DNA from: Ranitomeya imitator
Lineage: Eukaryota
Direction of reading: 5' to 3'
NCBI RefSeq assembly: GCF_032444005.1
Contig: NC_091283.1
Coordinates: 698,678,001 to 698,742,000, forward strand
DNA: 64,000 nt
A program made the translations under genes and the position numbers. Within the stretch, counting starts at the first letter, position 1. Each line of letters begins with the position of its first letter. The notes under the pieces were generated by a model. That model did no database searches and had not been told where the DNA came from. It was given only the letters and a program-made list of their open reading frames with translations. Positions 51,470 through 64,000 of this stretch are shown here, piece by piece.

Positions 51470-53209
51470 CTACGCTTTCCAGTAGGACAAATTCCATCTA
51501 TCTGAACGTCTCTAGAAATCTGCTTCTCAACACCAGGGCTGTGTGTCTAAGAAATCAAACTCTGCTTTAAAACCTGTTGACTTTGATTTGGAATCTTTTA
51601 AAATAATATATATATAGATTGTTTTTAGCAAGCAAAATTTAGATGCCAATGGTTAACTAATTCTGCAGTAATGTCAAAAACAAACGTAAGAAAATATTGA
51701 AGACATTTTCCATAAAATACATGCTAAAGTATAGGCTGGGACTTTATGTACATAATTGAAGGCTGAAATCCTAACCCATGTCAGACATTTTACAGTGGAG
51801 CAACAATACTTAATATATAAATTCCATAGAATATCTTGCTTAGACAATAGCTACCCCATAAGAGCATCATCTACTGTTCAGCGATCATTCCATTCATGTT
51901 CCTTGGCCTTTAGAGCAGTCAGTGTAATCTGCTAGTGCATCCAGTGAGTAGTAAGGTCGAGGCTTACAGAAATAAGAGTAGTGTGTAGGAATAATAAAGA
52001 AATAGTAGACACTAGGAGTTCATTTTATTTACGTAGGCAACAAACTATTTCCCTGAGCTTGAGCAATGAGAAGACACATCAATCATATGATTGTAGAAAG
52101 TTTACTAATGCTCTAGAAACGCTGGACAGATTTCTGTCTTAATATAAATGTTGTTGTTGGCCACGGCAACCAATCACAGAGCAGCTTCCATTTCTCAAAC
52201 ATAGAATCTGAAATGAAAGCTGTGCTGTGATTAGCTGTTATGGGCCACAGACAACTTTCCACACAGTCGCAAAAAGTTTCACACTGAGGCCTAAGCAACT
52301 TGGAAGAAAAAACTAGGGCATGATTTCTTAAATGTCCCAGAGAAAAACTAAACCAAATTTTATAAAAGAGACCAAACATTGAATTTCTTCTGTGTAACTG
52401 GATGATATTACATAGCCACAGTAGGCTAAACCCGTGGTTTTACCAAATCTTTCAGACTGTGAAAACTAATACCTGGTATCTACTTTAATATTGCTCAGGT
52501 GTATCCGAAAACTGTCCTAAAGTCTCCATGGCCTTGGTGCAACTTCTACATCTGCACCCTACAACTATGCCCTTGGTTCTTGACCTTAAATATCATGAAG
52601 ACTTGCTGTATATATTTCAATTTGCTCTTTGTTATTTCAAAGGGTAAAAGTAGTCCTAGTGCGGACTTCCAATTTTCAAGTATTGTGGTAATTTAAAGAA
52701 ACTTTTTTAATAACTTCTATTAAAGTTGACTTCTCCTACATTCTTGAAGTAGGAGACATAGCTATTCTCTACTTGATACCATATTATCGCACTAATAGTA
52801 TCTTAATCTAACTTAATGACCATAAATATAATAATTTTATAATCTGTCAGAGTGAAGAATGTAGTTCATCACTTTTAGTAACGTTTTCTTCTAAACTTGG
52901 ATGTATTCCTTCACGTATCTGATTCTATTCTAAGGTTTGCCTGTATAATTTAGGAAGTCTGAGATTACATCACTGGTAGTTTTTTGTAAGGTGCCACTGC
53001 ATTTTACGTTGCATATCCATTTGACTGACTAGAATATCATGCAGTGGATAGTATTGAAGATCATATCCTAATCCTGTATAGAAGAGAATACACGGATTAC
53101 AGATCAGCTCCTGATTATAGCCAGAAAACCATAGTTCAAAGAGATGACTACATATTAATCCTAGGAAACGGGTATTGTCAGACTGACTGTTCCAGGCTAG
53201 TATGGATAA

Positions 53210-53624
53210 AGGGAATCTGTCAGCAATTTTTTGCTATGTAATCTGAGAACAGAATGAGGTAAGGGTTAAAACACTGAACTCAACAACGTGTTACATGTCT
53301 GGCTGTGTGCTGTTGTTTACTTAGACTGAAGCTTTAATCACATTTTGATTAACATTGCTGTGATTAGCTGGGGCATGGGCAATTGTCCAACTCCGCCCCC
53401 TCCTGTGATAAGTGCCTCACTGCCTATAGACTGTTTGCCTACAGAGCATGGTTGGGGCGGGGCAGCTTCCACAGCTTTGCTGCATTGCTAAATTGAACCT
53501 CCTCTAATTGTGTCAGACCCAACGCACCCAGTAATTGATGTGATCCATTATTGGATTCAGGGTCTCTTTGCCTACATTATGCTGGTCTCAGATGAGGTAC
53601 TAAAAACCTGCTGACAGATTCTCT
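53210..53624. mobile_element. T2/Kolobok-like MITE
   Basis: AGGGAATCTGTCAGCA...TGCTGACAGATTCTCT termini. Confidence 0.8.
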
Positions 53625-53682
53625 TTATATACATGTCTTTGGTTTAGGATCTAAAACCTGCTAACAGGTTAGTTTTAGGTAC

Positions 53683-54132
53683 AGGGAATCTGTTGCCAGG
53701 TTTTTGCAAGATGATCTGAGAGCAGCATAATGTAGGGACAGAAACCCTTGATTCCAGCAATGTGTCCCTTACTAAGCTGCTGGCTGTAATTTTGATAATC
53801 TGCTGATCAAACAGTGACATTTTCACTAGAGGACTAGTAAAGCTGCTGTCAGATAGTCCTCCATATTCATGAGCTGTGTATAACCCCGCCTCACCACTGA
53901 TTGGCAGCTTTCTGTGTACACTGTACATGGGCATAGAGCTGCTGATCAGTGGTGGGGGCGGAGTTATATCGCACTTGGCATTCATAGAACTGCTAGATCA
54001 GCAGCAGATAAAACTGATTTTATTAAGATGACAGCAAGCAGCTCAGTAAGTGACACATTGCTTGAATCAAGGTCTCTGCCTACATTATGCTGCTCTCAGA
54101 TGGGGTACAAAAAACCTGGTAACAGATTCCCT
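53683..54132. mobile_element. T2/Kolobok-like MITE
   Basis: AGGGAATCTGTTGCCAGG...CCTGGTAACAGATTCCCT|TTAA. Confidence 0.85.
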
Positions 54133-55691
54133 TTAAAGCGTGGAAAGAATCTGCATGGCATAACCTTACGGAATAAAAATCGAAATGTAGATTATTTCTA
54201 CCAAATTTTGTCCATATATTCAACATTATCCAACATACATTGCACTAGTTTTAATAAGCAAAAATAATTTATAAATCTATAAATTTTGGTCATTTAATGT
54301 CTTGTGGTGGAGAGACGACCATACATATCATTAACAGGGTTGTATGATATTAGAAAAACCCGACTGCTAATAACGACATAACTCTTGTCAACGGGTTAGA
54401 TTTGGTTATTACAGTTTTTCACTTCTCGAGTGTATAGGGCCAAGGTGCGATGCTACACACAACCACAGACAAAGGTGACATTATTTCCTAAATGCCGTGT
54501 CCAAGTTATTTTGCATTATGTTTTGTGAAGAATTGTTTTTTATGTTGTCTCTGGTATAAGTGTCTTGCTGTGTTGGTGACCTGCGACAGTAAGCAGAGTT
54601 CTTGCCAAAACTCCTTCATTTTCTGTTTCTGATTTTCAGTAATGAAAGAATCAGACTTGGGATTTTCCATTATTCTGTGTTTTATACCCATACACAATAA
54701 GGGGAAGAGTCTTACCAGTGTGTGTAAGAATATTAATATTGATTGACCCTGGATTCTAAAATCGCATACATTGGCCTCACGAAAACTCAGTCTTAACTTG
54801 CAACCTTACGTGGTGGACTTCCTCTTAGTATATTCTGGTTACCTTCGTGTTTCACAACCGCTTCAGACATAAGCCATTGATGTTGCCTTGAAAATGCAAA
54901 AATGTTAATTTATTTGTAAACCTATCAGATCCAAACGGTCTACTTTACACTGGAATCCATTACCTTGTCACATTACGAACCTCAAAGGTCATGATCCAGA
55001 GTTCTGTAAGCGAGGACTAGACCTTGACTTTGTGACTGTGCCCAATTATATAGTCTATTCCACTTTCCCACCAGATTTGATACATCTCCCTCATGAAATC
55101 AAACAGTGGTCCTTGGTATCTAATCTGATGCCTGCAAAATACAAAAACCTGATGAACATACAGCCCGTACACCATCTCAAGACTAGTCGGTACAAACCAT
55201 ATTAACCCTATGACTATTTGTCATATATGGATTAAGACGTGTTGTATAACAAATATATTAAAAACAATTTATTAATTACACAAAATACTACACATAGCAA
55301 TACCATGTGGAAAAGGTGCCTCAAACCAATACAAGGGGGACCAAACTCAGGTAGGTAATTGGCAATTCTATCCATATGGAAAATTGTATTCATAGATAAC
55401 ATATTTTTTGCTTTTTTGGGGGGGTTATACTTGTAAAGAATTGTAGTCACAGAATTCTGCAAAGCTAGCAATACCTTGGCCTGGTTTACATCAGCCAAAC
55501 GGATGTCCTAACAATTGGTCATGAATTACTAAACCCACAGTATATATTAATTAAAAAAAAAAATAGAGGCAAAGGGACAAGGCTCAGGTTCACTTATCTA
55601 GCCGGGACTGTTAGCAGGTAAATATTCAATTGTTCAAGTGTCATTTCTCTGGCTGTTCCGATGCATAGAAGAGCGTCATACTGGCAAGTTG

Positions 55692-56062
55692 GGCTTCTTT
55701 CACACTTCCGTCAGTACGGGGCCGTCACAAAGCGTCGGCGCGACAAACGTTGTTAAAATTCGGCACAACGTGGGCAGCAGATGCAGTTTTTCAACGCATC
55801 CGCTGCCCATTCTAAAGTCCCGGGGAGGAGCTAGAGACGTACGGAAAAACGTTCCCTTGAACGTTTTTTCGTGACATCAGTCCACCAAAACAAGACTCAT
55901 CCAGTGCACGACGGACGCGACGTATGGCCATACATCGCGAACCTTTGGCAATACAAGTCTATGGAGAAAAAACACATCCTGCGGGCAACTTTGCAGGATG
56001 CGTTCTTTCTCCAAAATGATGCATTGCGATGGAGGCCAAACGATGGAAATGTGAAAGAAGCC
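55692..56062. mobile_element. MITE
   Basis: GGCTTCTTTCACACTTCC...GGAAATGTGAAAGAAGCC|TTA. Confidence 0.85.
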
Positions 56063-56326
56063 TTAGTGCAATTGTTTGCTCAATAGTAATATAGTAATAG
56101 TAATGGGTCTGGGACTGGTATATTGATTGAAAACTTAGTGATTAGAACATTTAGGATTTACTGTATTCAGAGCCAATTTTAGACAGTGGGGCCCTGGGCA
56201 AAAGTTTAAAGTGAGGCCCCAACTGCTCACATATTTCACCATCACACAAACGTTTCTGATTGTATTTACAAGCTCAGGCCAGTAAACGAGGGCGTTAAAC
56301 AATATTGAAGTCGTTCGGCCTCCCTA

Positions 56327-56692
56327 GGGTAGGTGCACATGTTCAGTAATTGGCAGCGCCTTTGACTCGGCACATCTCTGCTGCATCTGAAGCACTGCCG
56401 GTTATTGAACGCAGGTGAATCAGCATGTGTTCATTGAAACGATTCACTGTGTCCAATACATTGTATGGGTGACATTTATCTTGCAGAGACTTGCGACTCC
56501 GCAAGATAAATAGACATGCTGCCATCTGGAAAGATACGCCACATGTCTGTTTCTGCAGGTAAGCCGCGGGCGTCTATGCACGCATAGTGGGCGTGGGATT
56601 TCTTCAAATCCCATCCACTATGCTGTAACATCTGGACGCTGTACAAGTACAGCGTACAACCCACAGCGTTTACTGACCATGTGCACCTACCC
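56327..56692. mobile_element. MITE
   Basis: TA-GGGTAGGTGCACATGTTCAGTAA...TTACTGACCATGTGCACCTACCC-TTA. Confidence 0.88.
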
Positions 56693-56729
56693 TTACTCTG
56701 GCTGAGGAAGATAGATTGGTGCAGGTAGT

Positions 56730-57010
56730 CCTCGATACAGTATAATGCAGGTACCATGTAGTAAAATGCACTCCTCATGGTCCTTGATAGAGTATAATGC
56801 AGCCCCTCTCAGAGTATAATGTAGTCCCATCATAGAGCATAATGCAGCCCCTGAGTATAAAGCAGCCTCCTCACAGTATAATGCAGCCCCACACACAGTT
56901 TAGTGCAGCACCCCCCCAAGCACAGTATAGTGCAGCAGATACACACTCACACACTATAATGCATACACACACTCACACACTATAATACATACACACTCAC
57001 ACACTACTTA
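56730..57010. repeat. Degenerate tandem repeat (cagtataatgcagcccc and cacactcacacactata units)
   Basis: Repeated tataatgcagcc-type motifs inside a GC-rich element remnant. Confidence 0.75.
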
Positions 57011-57358
57011 CCTCTCCTCCTTGTTCCCCTTCTGCTCTGGCTTCTGCAGAGCATCTCAGCATCTCATGAGCTCCACTGCCGGCATACGCGGTGGCAGAGA
57101 CAGAGGGGGAGTGATGGGAGAGGGAGCGTCACATGACGCTCCCTCCTCCTTCACTGTTTTCAACTGTACCTGATTCTATGATGCTAAGTTGAATGCGCGA
57201 TGCAGGGGGAGGGGCGGCACTGGGCCTCTTACTCAGGGCCTCCGTAGCAGCTAGCTGGGTGCCCCTGGAGGAGCCAAGGCCCTAGACAGCTGCCTGGACT
57301 GCCTGCCCATAACGCCGGTCCTGACTGTATTCTGAAATTATATATATATATATATATA

Positions 57359-58943
57359 CAGTGGGGCAAAAAAGTATTTAGTCAGTCAACAATAGTGCAA
57401 GTTCCACCACTTAAAAAGATGAGAGGCGTCTGTAATTTACATCATAGGTAGACCTCAACTATGGGAGACAAACTGAGAAAAAAAAATCCAGAAAATCACA
57501 TTGTCTGTTTTTTTAACATTTTATTTGCATATTATGGTGGAAAATAAGTATTTGGTCAGAAACAAAATTTCATCTCAATACTTTGTAATATATCCTTTGT
57601 TGGCAATGACAGAGGTCAAACGTTTTCTGTAAGTCTTCACAAGGTTGCAACACACTGTTGTTGGTATGTTGGCCCATTCCTCCATGCAGATCTCCTCTAG
57701 AGCAGTGATGTTTTTGGCTTTTCGCTTGGCAACACGGACTTTCAACTCCCTCCAAAGGTTTTCTATAGGGTTGAGATCTGGAGACTGGCTAGGCCACTCC
57801 AGGACCTTGAAATGCTTTTTACGAAGCCACTCCTTCGTTGCCCTGGCGGTGTGCTTTGGATCATTGTCATGTTGAAAGACCCAGCCACGTTTCATCTTCA
57901 ATGCCCTTGCTGATGGAAGGAGGTTTGCACTCAAAATCTCACGATACATGGCCCCATTCAATCTTTCATGTACCCGGATCAGTCGTCCTGGCCCCTTTGC
58001 AGAGAAACAGCCCCAAAGCATGATGTTTCCACCACCATGCTTTACAGTAGGTATGGTGTTTGATGGATGCAACTCAGTATTCTTTTTCCTCCAAACATGA
58101 CAAGTTGTGTTTCTACCATACAGTTCCAGTTTGGTTTCATCAGACCATAGGACATTCTCCCAAAACTCCTCTGGATCATCCAAATGCTCTCTAGCAAACT
58201 TCAGACGGGCCCGGACATGTACTGGCTTAAGCAGTGGGACACGTCTGGCACTGCAGGATCTGAGTCCATGGTGGCGTAGTGTGTTACTTATGGTAGGCCT
58301 TGTTACATTGGTCCCAGCTCTCTGCAGTTCATTCACTAGGTCCCCCCGCGTGGTTCTGGGATTTTTGCTCACCGTTCTTGTGATCATTCTGACCCCACGG
58401 GGTGGGATTTTGCGTGGAGCCCCAGATCGAGGGAGATTATCAGTGGTCTTGTATGTCTTCCATTTTCTAATTATTGCTCCCACTGTTGATTTCTTCACTC
58501 CAAGCTGGTTGGCTATTGCAGATTCAGTCTTCCCAGCCTGGTGCAGGGCTACAATTTTGTTTCTGGTGTCCTTTGACAGCTCTTTGGTCTTCACCATAGT
58601 GGAGTTTGGAGTCAGACTGTTTGAGGGTGTGCACAGGTGTCTTTTTATACTGATAACAAGTTTAAACAGGTGCCATTACTACAGGTAATGAGTGGAGGAA
58701 AGAGGAGACTCTTAAAGAAGAAGTTACAGGTCTGTGAGAGCCAGAAATCTTGATTGTTTGTTTCTGACCAAATACTTATTTTCCACCATAATATGCAAAT
58801 AAAATGTTAAAAAAACAGACAATGTGATTTTCTGGATTTTTTTTTCTCAGTTTGTCTCCCATAGTTGAGGTCTACCTATGATGTAAATTACAGACGCCTC
58901 TCATCTTTTTAAGTGGTGGAACTTGCACTATTGCTGACTGACT
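57359..58943 (-). mobile_element. Young full-length Tc1 (DD34E) transposon; right end runs into an N gap
   Basis: TA|CAGTGGGGCAAAAAAG left terminus. About 208-bp TIR (57359-57566) is matched by 58757-58943 with very few mismatches. Inserted in a (TA)n tract. Confidence 0.97.
57575..58597 (-). CDS. Intact Tc1 transposase, 340 aa
   Basis: Uninterrupted ORF with an N-terminal paired-like HTH region, GAPRK linker, WSDE(D)...QHDND(D)...PIE(E) with 34 residues between the second D and E. Confidence 0.97.
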   Translation of the reverse strand: MVKTKELSKDTRNKIVALHQAGKTESAIANQLGVKKSTVGAIIRKWKTYKTTDNLPRSGAPRKIPPRGVRMITRTVSKNPRTTRGDLVNELQRAGTNVTRPTISNTLRHHGLRSCSARRVPLLKPVHVRARLKFAREHLDDPEEFWENVLWSDETKLELYGRNTTCHVWRKKNTELHPSNTIPTVKHGGGNIMLWGCFSAKGPGRLIRVHERLNGAMYREILSANLLPSARALKMKRGWVFQHDNDPKHTARATKEWLRKKHFKVLEWPSQSPDLNPIENLWRELKVRVAKRKAKNITALEEICMEEWANIPTTVCCNLVKTYRKRLTSVIANKGYITKY

Positions 58944-59289
58944 NNNNNNNNNNNNNNNNNNNNNNNNNNNNNNNNNNNNNNNNNNNNNNNNNNNNNNNNN
59001 NNNNNNNNNNNNNNNNNNNNNNNNNNNNNNNNNNNNNNNNNNNNNNNNNNNNNNNNNNNNNNNNNNNNNNNATACAGGACATAGTATCCTTTCTCAGCGT
59101 GGCTGTTTTCCTTTTTTTATTTCTATTATTGGAAGTAATTGCGGTAATATGTGATGCGATGNNNNNNNNNNNNNNNNNNNNNNNNNNNNNNNNNNNNNNN
59201 NNNNNNNNNNNNNNNNNNNNNNNNNNNNNNNNNNNNNNNNNNNNNNNNNNNNNNNNNNNNNNNNNNNNNNNNNNNNNNNNNNNNNNNNN
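58944..59289. other. Two assembly gaps (58944-59071 and 59162-59289) with a 90-bp island between them
   Basis: N characters; the first gap begins inside the right TIR of the intact Tc1. Confidence 1.
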
Positions 59290-59879
59290 ACTTAAGATTT
59301 ACTGCAGACTAAGAATTCAGAATTTTTTTGCATACTGATGAGTATCGTATGATTATCTCAGTAATATTGTTACAACTATGACACTTTTTATATACCACCT
59401 AAGTAAACTATGGTAAAGTTATGGATATCTTTATTTAGCACTAGCCATAGCATTCAGATCTTTATTCATAACCAGACAAATTTCAAAATAATTTTTTTTT
59501 TGTTTTTTTTTATACAAACCGTGGGTTTAATAATTTAGGATCAATTGTTAGGACATCTGATTGGCTGATGTAAACCAGACCTAGAGTGTTGCTAGCTTCA
59601 CAGAATTCTGTGACAATTCTTTACCAGTATAACCCAAGAAAACATAAATTTTTTTTTTTATGAATACAGTTTTCCATATGCATAGGGTTGCTAGTTATCT
59701 ACCAGAGTTTGGTCCCCCTTGTATTGGTTTGCGTCAGCTTTTTAAAATGGTATTGCTATGTGTCATATTTTGTGTAATTAATAAAGAAATTGTTTTAATT
59801 TTTTTTGTCATGTATAGATTAAGAAGTTTCGTATTACAAACAGCCATAGGGTTAATCGGGTTTCTACAAAAACATGAAG

Positions 59880-60653
59880 TACAGAACATATAAAGAAAAG
59901 CACAGAGCTTAAATATCCCTGTACTGGGTATGGATATAATGATGGTCCATAACATGTCTTGAAAAAATGTCTATAAACCTTTTTGAAAAATAAAATTATT
60001 GATAAGACAGTAGGTACAACATGAAACAGAAAAATCCACACCAAAACAATGTAGAGATAAAAGGACAAGCAGGCAGCAATGTGGCTATGGAATACATGAA
60101 GGTTTATACTGCGACCATGTGGAGAAAACCCAAGCAAACATGTGAACACTCAAACAACATTGTGCTAGTGCATAGTATATAGAAGAGTGCTCTACAATGT
60201 ATGCAGTAGGGTAACCCAACAAGCCACAATATTGGGGAAGAAATGACTAAGTCGTATCCGGTACACTCATGGACATAATATACGGCAGTCCATACAATAT
60301 TATGAGCAATACAGTAAGAGCTAATAAGTGCCCGGTCAAACAAAGACAGAAAAGTCACATCATCTTAACCATGCCAACCAGATACACTGAAGTCCCTGTG
60401 TATCCCCACATAGTCGCAGTATTAATGTATTCCATAGCCACATTGCTGCCCCTTTGACCTTTTATCTCTACATTGATTGTTTTGTTGTGGATTTTTTTCT
60501 GTTTCATGTTGTACCTACTGTCTTATCTATATATACCTTTTGGAAAAATAAAATGATTGATCTTTTTTCAAGACATGTTATGGACTATCATTATATCCAT
60601 ACCTAACACGGGGACATTTAAGCGCTCTATGCTTTTTCTTTATATGTTCTGTA
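59880..60653. repeat. Foldback element with inverted arms of about 185-195 bp
   Basis: 59880-60064 is the reverse complement of 60458-60653, with indels. Confidence 0.85.
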
Positions 60654-61067
60654 GTCTCTTTGAGAGTATTCCCTATTTAAGAATATGAATTTTGTGTTAT
60701 TGCATCAGTTCTGGTATGTTTTCCAAAAACACGAAGTAGAAAAGACATAGCACTTGCGTCATTAAGACTAGCGCTTTGGACTTCAGTCTCCATGATGAGG
60801 GCTGGAGTAAGATGCACCTAATTCATTAAAACACCAGGGGCATCTTACAACTCGTGCCTGCCTCCGTCAGAAATCTTACACCTGAATTGTACTCCAGACA
60901 ATTCTAAAGTGGCGTATGTGCCGGTTGGGCTATGACACCCCAATCCTGCCCATGCTTTGCCCATTTTGGCAGAACTGACTGGGACTGGTATTAAAACACC
61001 AAAAGTAGCAATATTTTTGCTCAGTCTAAAAAGTCACAACATTTTTGTACAAATTTTAAGTCTTTAA

Positions 61068-61407
61068 GGCTAGGTTCACATTGCGTTAGGGCAATCCGTT
61101 AAGCGCATAGCGCTAGCGGATTGTGCTAACGCAATGTTTATTTTGGGTCCACGTTTGCCGTCCCCGCCCGCACAGATCCCCGATCTGCGCTAGCGAGGGA
61201 CTGACCTCGGACGCTGCAAGCAGCGTCTGAGGTCCGTCACAAAAGAACGGCACATCGCTAGCACGTGCCGAAAATGGCATGCGCTAGCGATGCGCTACAG
61301 ACACAAATCACATTGCTGTCAATGGGTGCACTAACGGACCCGTTGCACGGCGTTAATTGCGACATTTTCGCCGTGCAACGCAGTCCGTTAGCAATGTGAA
61401 CCTAGCC
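61068..61407. mobile_element. MITE (GGCTAGGTTCACATTGC family)
   Basis: TAA|GGCTAGGTTCACATTGC...GCAATGTGAACCTAGCC|TTA. Confidence 0.9.
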
Positions 61408-61807
61408 TTACTCCAGATTTCTGGCAAACACTGATTTGGGCCCCAAATGTCCATACTTTGCAGATGCTGAACTACTCATTTACTAATATGTGGCCAGTTT
61501 TACAAGTGAGTCTGCTTCGTTTTCCTTTACTGTTAGTGGACTCCACTTTGTTCTATGGGTTCTATTTTTAAAGTTGTAAAGGTTCAATAAGTGAAAATAA
61601 TTTTGTTATAGCACCATGGTTTATTTTCATCTTAATTTTTAGCCGTTTTTTGTCAATTCTGTTGTATGTCTTTGTAGCAAAATCAATGGCTTATGTTCTA
61701 TCTCATTAAAGGGAGTTTTGCCAAGGGCTTTACTGTCTGCACGTGAAGCTATTACTATATCTTTTTGGTTCTTCAGTGCAGAACAAATTATGTCTTTTCA
61801 TTTTTAG

Positions 61808-61965
61808 GCATGACTTATCCGAACTGGCCTGAAGAGAGCCCCGTTCCAATCCCGAGATTCGATGCCAATAAGTCTGTTTTTTCAAGATATGCCAATGACT
61901 GTGTTTATTCTAATTGGATGATTCCACCCGCAACGGCAAAATTTATGGACAAGCTTGATAGCTAA
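61808..61965 (+). CDS. RET: RET exon 20, RET51-specific tail
   Basis: tttttag|GC ATG ACT TAT ... GAT AGC TAA; exactly 51 aa after G (MTYPNWPEESPVP...RYANDCVYSNWM...FMDKLDS), with Y1090 and Y1096 (YxN) equivalents. Confidence 0.97.
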
Positions 61966-64000
61966 ATATAAATATTATTTTTCCCTAGAAGGTAACACAA
62001 TTGTGAGCGGGAAAGAATAAAAAAAGTTACACACCACACAAAGAATAAATGGAAAGTCCATTGGCTGGTTCTTTGTGCCAGTGAAAAGTGGTCAAACCAA
62101 TGTTGCTCTCGTGTGTCAGTTGCACCAAATTTTAGCTTGACCTACCTCTAAAGCTGCTGGAGAGGGCTGCACAAGTCACGTCAATCGAATAATAACATGT
62201 GTCTATTTGTGTATATCATATACATATATACACAAATATGTAAGTTATTGTATTACTCCCCAGCAGCAAGAGTGGGCACTGTTATTCTTTCCTACAACAT
62301 ATCAGACCTGTAAACCAAGCTCAGTAGAACCTTTTTGTATATGCTGCTGTTGCACAAATAGTCTGTATTCAGTACACTCATGTATGTGTTGCTGTGAACA
62401 CAAAATATACTTATTTTCGATCATATGTTAATTTAAAAAATATATATTTTTAAACTGTAAGTTAACAATTTTATTTAATGTGTGTGGACACCTTGGTACA
62501 AGAGAACTGTTTCAGTCTCATTTACTGGTGGTTACATGTAGAGGCAAGAACCCTATGTATATGTGTACATATTGATCTGCTGTATATGGAGGTACAAAAT
62601 ATACATTGACATACAGTGTTATAGGAAAAGACTGGATTTATGATCACTTGTACCTACAATCAGAATAGCGTGGATCTCTCAATTAAAAGGATAAATTGGT
62701 TTGTATTTGGGACTAATGGGACTGACTTTTTAAAAGGTCACCTATAAATGGATATATACTAAATTAGATTATATTTTGAATATTTCTCTGGAATACCATT
62801 TTATGATTTTTTTTCTTTTGTATTTTGTCATTCTACTATAGCACAGATTCACAAACACAACCTCGGTCACTTATAAGTACAGTCATACTAATAAGGAAGT
62901 TGCTGACAAGTATGGTGACTTCAGAAATGATGTCAAGTCTAAATCATTAAATAAAATGGTCACAAAAAACACAAAAGAATAATTTGCTAGGAGAAGCCAA
63001 ATAGCCGTTTACTTCTTGGTTTCCAATTTTATATTCCTTTTTTATATGTATTTTTTTAAGTACAGAAAATTGTATATTTTAGATATAATTTCCGTTTATT
63101 ATATGATGTGTTTGAGGATTGACTGCCTATAAGGATGGCTTCTGGAAGATGAAGCAAGACATCATTTTCTGAGTCTCACCACCTGTACTGATTGTTTGAT
63201 TAGCTTTGCTACACTTGACATGTTCCGCCAAGCCTGAGCCTTCCATGTACTTGGTTTTGTGTCTTCTACTTGAGGGGCCTTTACAAATGGTTCAGGTCGT
63301 CTGTCTCAAAAACTCAATTGTTGTCAGACCGTCATATTAAACTGCGATTTTCAATGCTGCACAGTATGGATATATTACTATGTATCTGCTCTTCCATGAA
63401 CCATGTCATTGAGAAATTGTATTCTAATGGAAATAAATCATTCTGTCTCTAGAGAAATGTACCAAAGAGAGATGTTTAGGTTTGATTTTACCTTTTCATA
63501 TTTTTTTTTTCTTCACTAAAACTTACTGTCATCATGAAGTTGTGTTTTTGTGTGATTCCAGGGAAAATCAACTATTTGTAACTATGGAGAGCAATCTATA
63601 CTAATTCCCTATAAAATAAGCAGCCTTTGAAAACATTGTACTTTTCATTCTAATAAGCACTTATTTTATACCACCGTTAATTGCAGGATTCATTACATAA
63701 GAGGGTTTACATACATATACTTCATATATTAATACAATTGCAACAAAAGACAAAAAACTAACAGGCTAGTATAGGAGGTGAGGACCTGCCCTCGTGGCTT
63801 GCAATCTACAGGTTTATCGCATACAGAAAGCAGCGGTGTAAAAACCTGGGGCATGCAGGAGGTGGGCCTGTGGACGCCAGCACTGTTTTCGGACGCGCAT
63901 TTAGCTGAAATGTATTGTATTGTTCTGCCGGCCAATCAGACTGACAGGTAACATCAGTGTGCCCGTCGTGGGAAAAGCACGACATCACTGCCATGGCCAT

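Noticed and set aside
54300-55140. Possible decayed retroelement coding sequence
   Set aside because: No recognisable RT or endonuclease motif could be read in any frame by eye.
55149-55200. CCTGATGAA hammerhead-like start
   Set aside because: No stem II and no GAAA at a suitable distance.
58107-58688. 193-aa plus-strand ORF
   Set aside because: It is the antisense shadow of the Tc1 transposase.

Overview
Vertebrate genomic window, by inference an anuran (frog), judged from the protein and the repeat content. It holds nearly all of the RET receptor tyrosine kinase gene on the + strand. Coding exons 2-19 (13944-51437) splice in one open frame (3099 nt, all GT-AG, sizes mostly equal to or within a few codons of human RET). 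Both C-terminal isoforms are present: the RET9 read-through tail (stop at 51469) and a distant RET51 exon (61808-61965). Exon 1 and the promoter were not found and probably lie upstream. The introns are dense with transposon-derived DNA: a very young Tc1 element with an intact 340-aa DD34E transposase, three decayed Tc1 copies or fragments, many MITEs (TTA/TAA-flanked, TTAA-flanked T2/Kolobok-like, TA-flanked Tc2-like), L2 and CR1 fragments, a tRNA-SINE, probable solo LTRs, a probable Helitron, a 13 x 38-bp minisatellite and a 1.3-kb palindrome. There are four N gaps. The best leads are: a minimal Penelope-type hammerhead ribozyme motif with U3-A8 covariation (42466-42503, minus strand); the intact Tc1 inside the RET51-only intron; and apparently lineage-specific RET ectodomain changes (an 8-aa tandem duplication and a lost disulfide pair in CLD4, plus two apparently unpaired cysteines). 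No database searches were run, and comparisons to human RET rely on recalled sequence.
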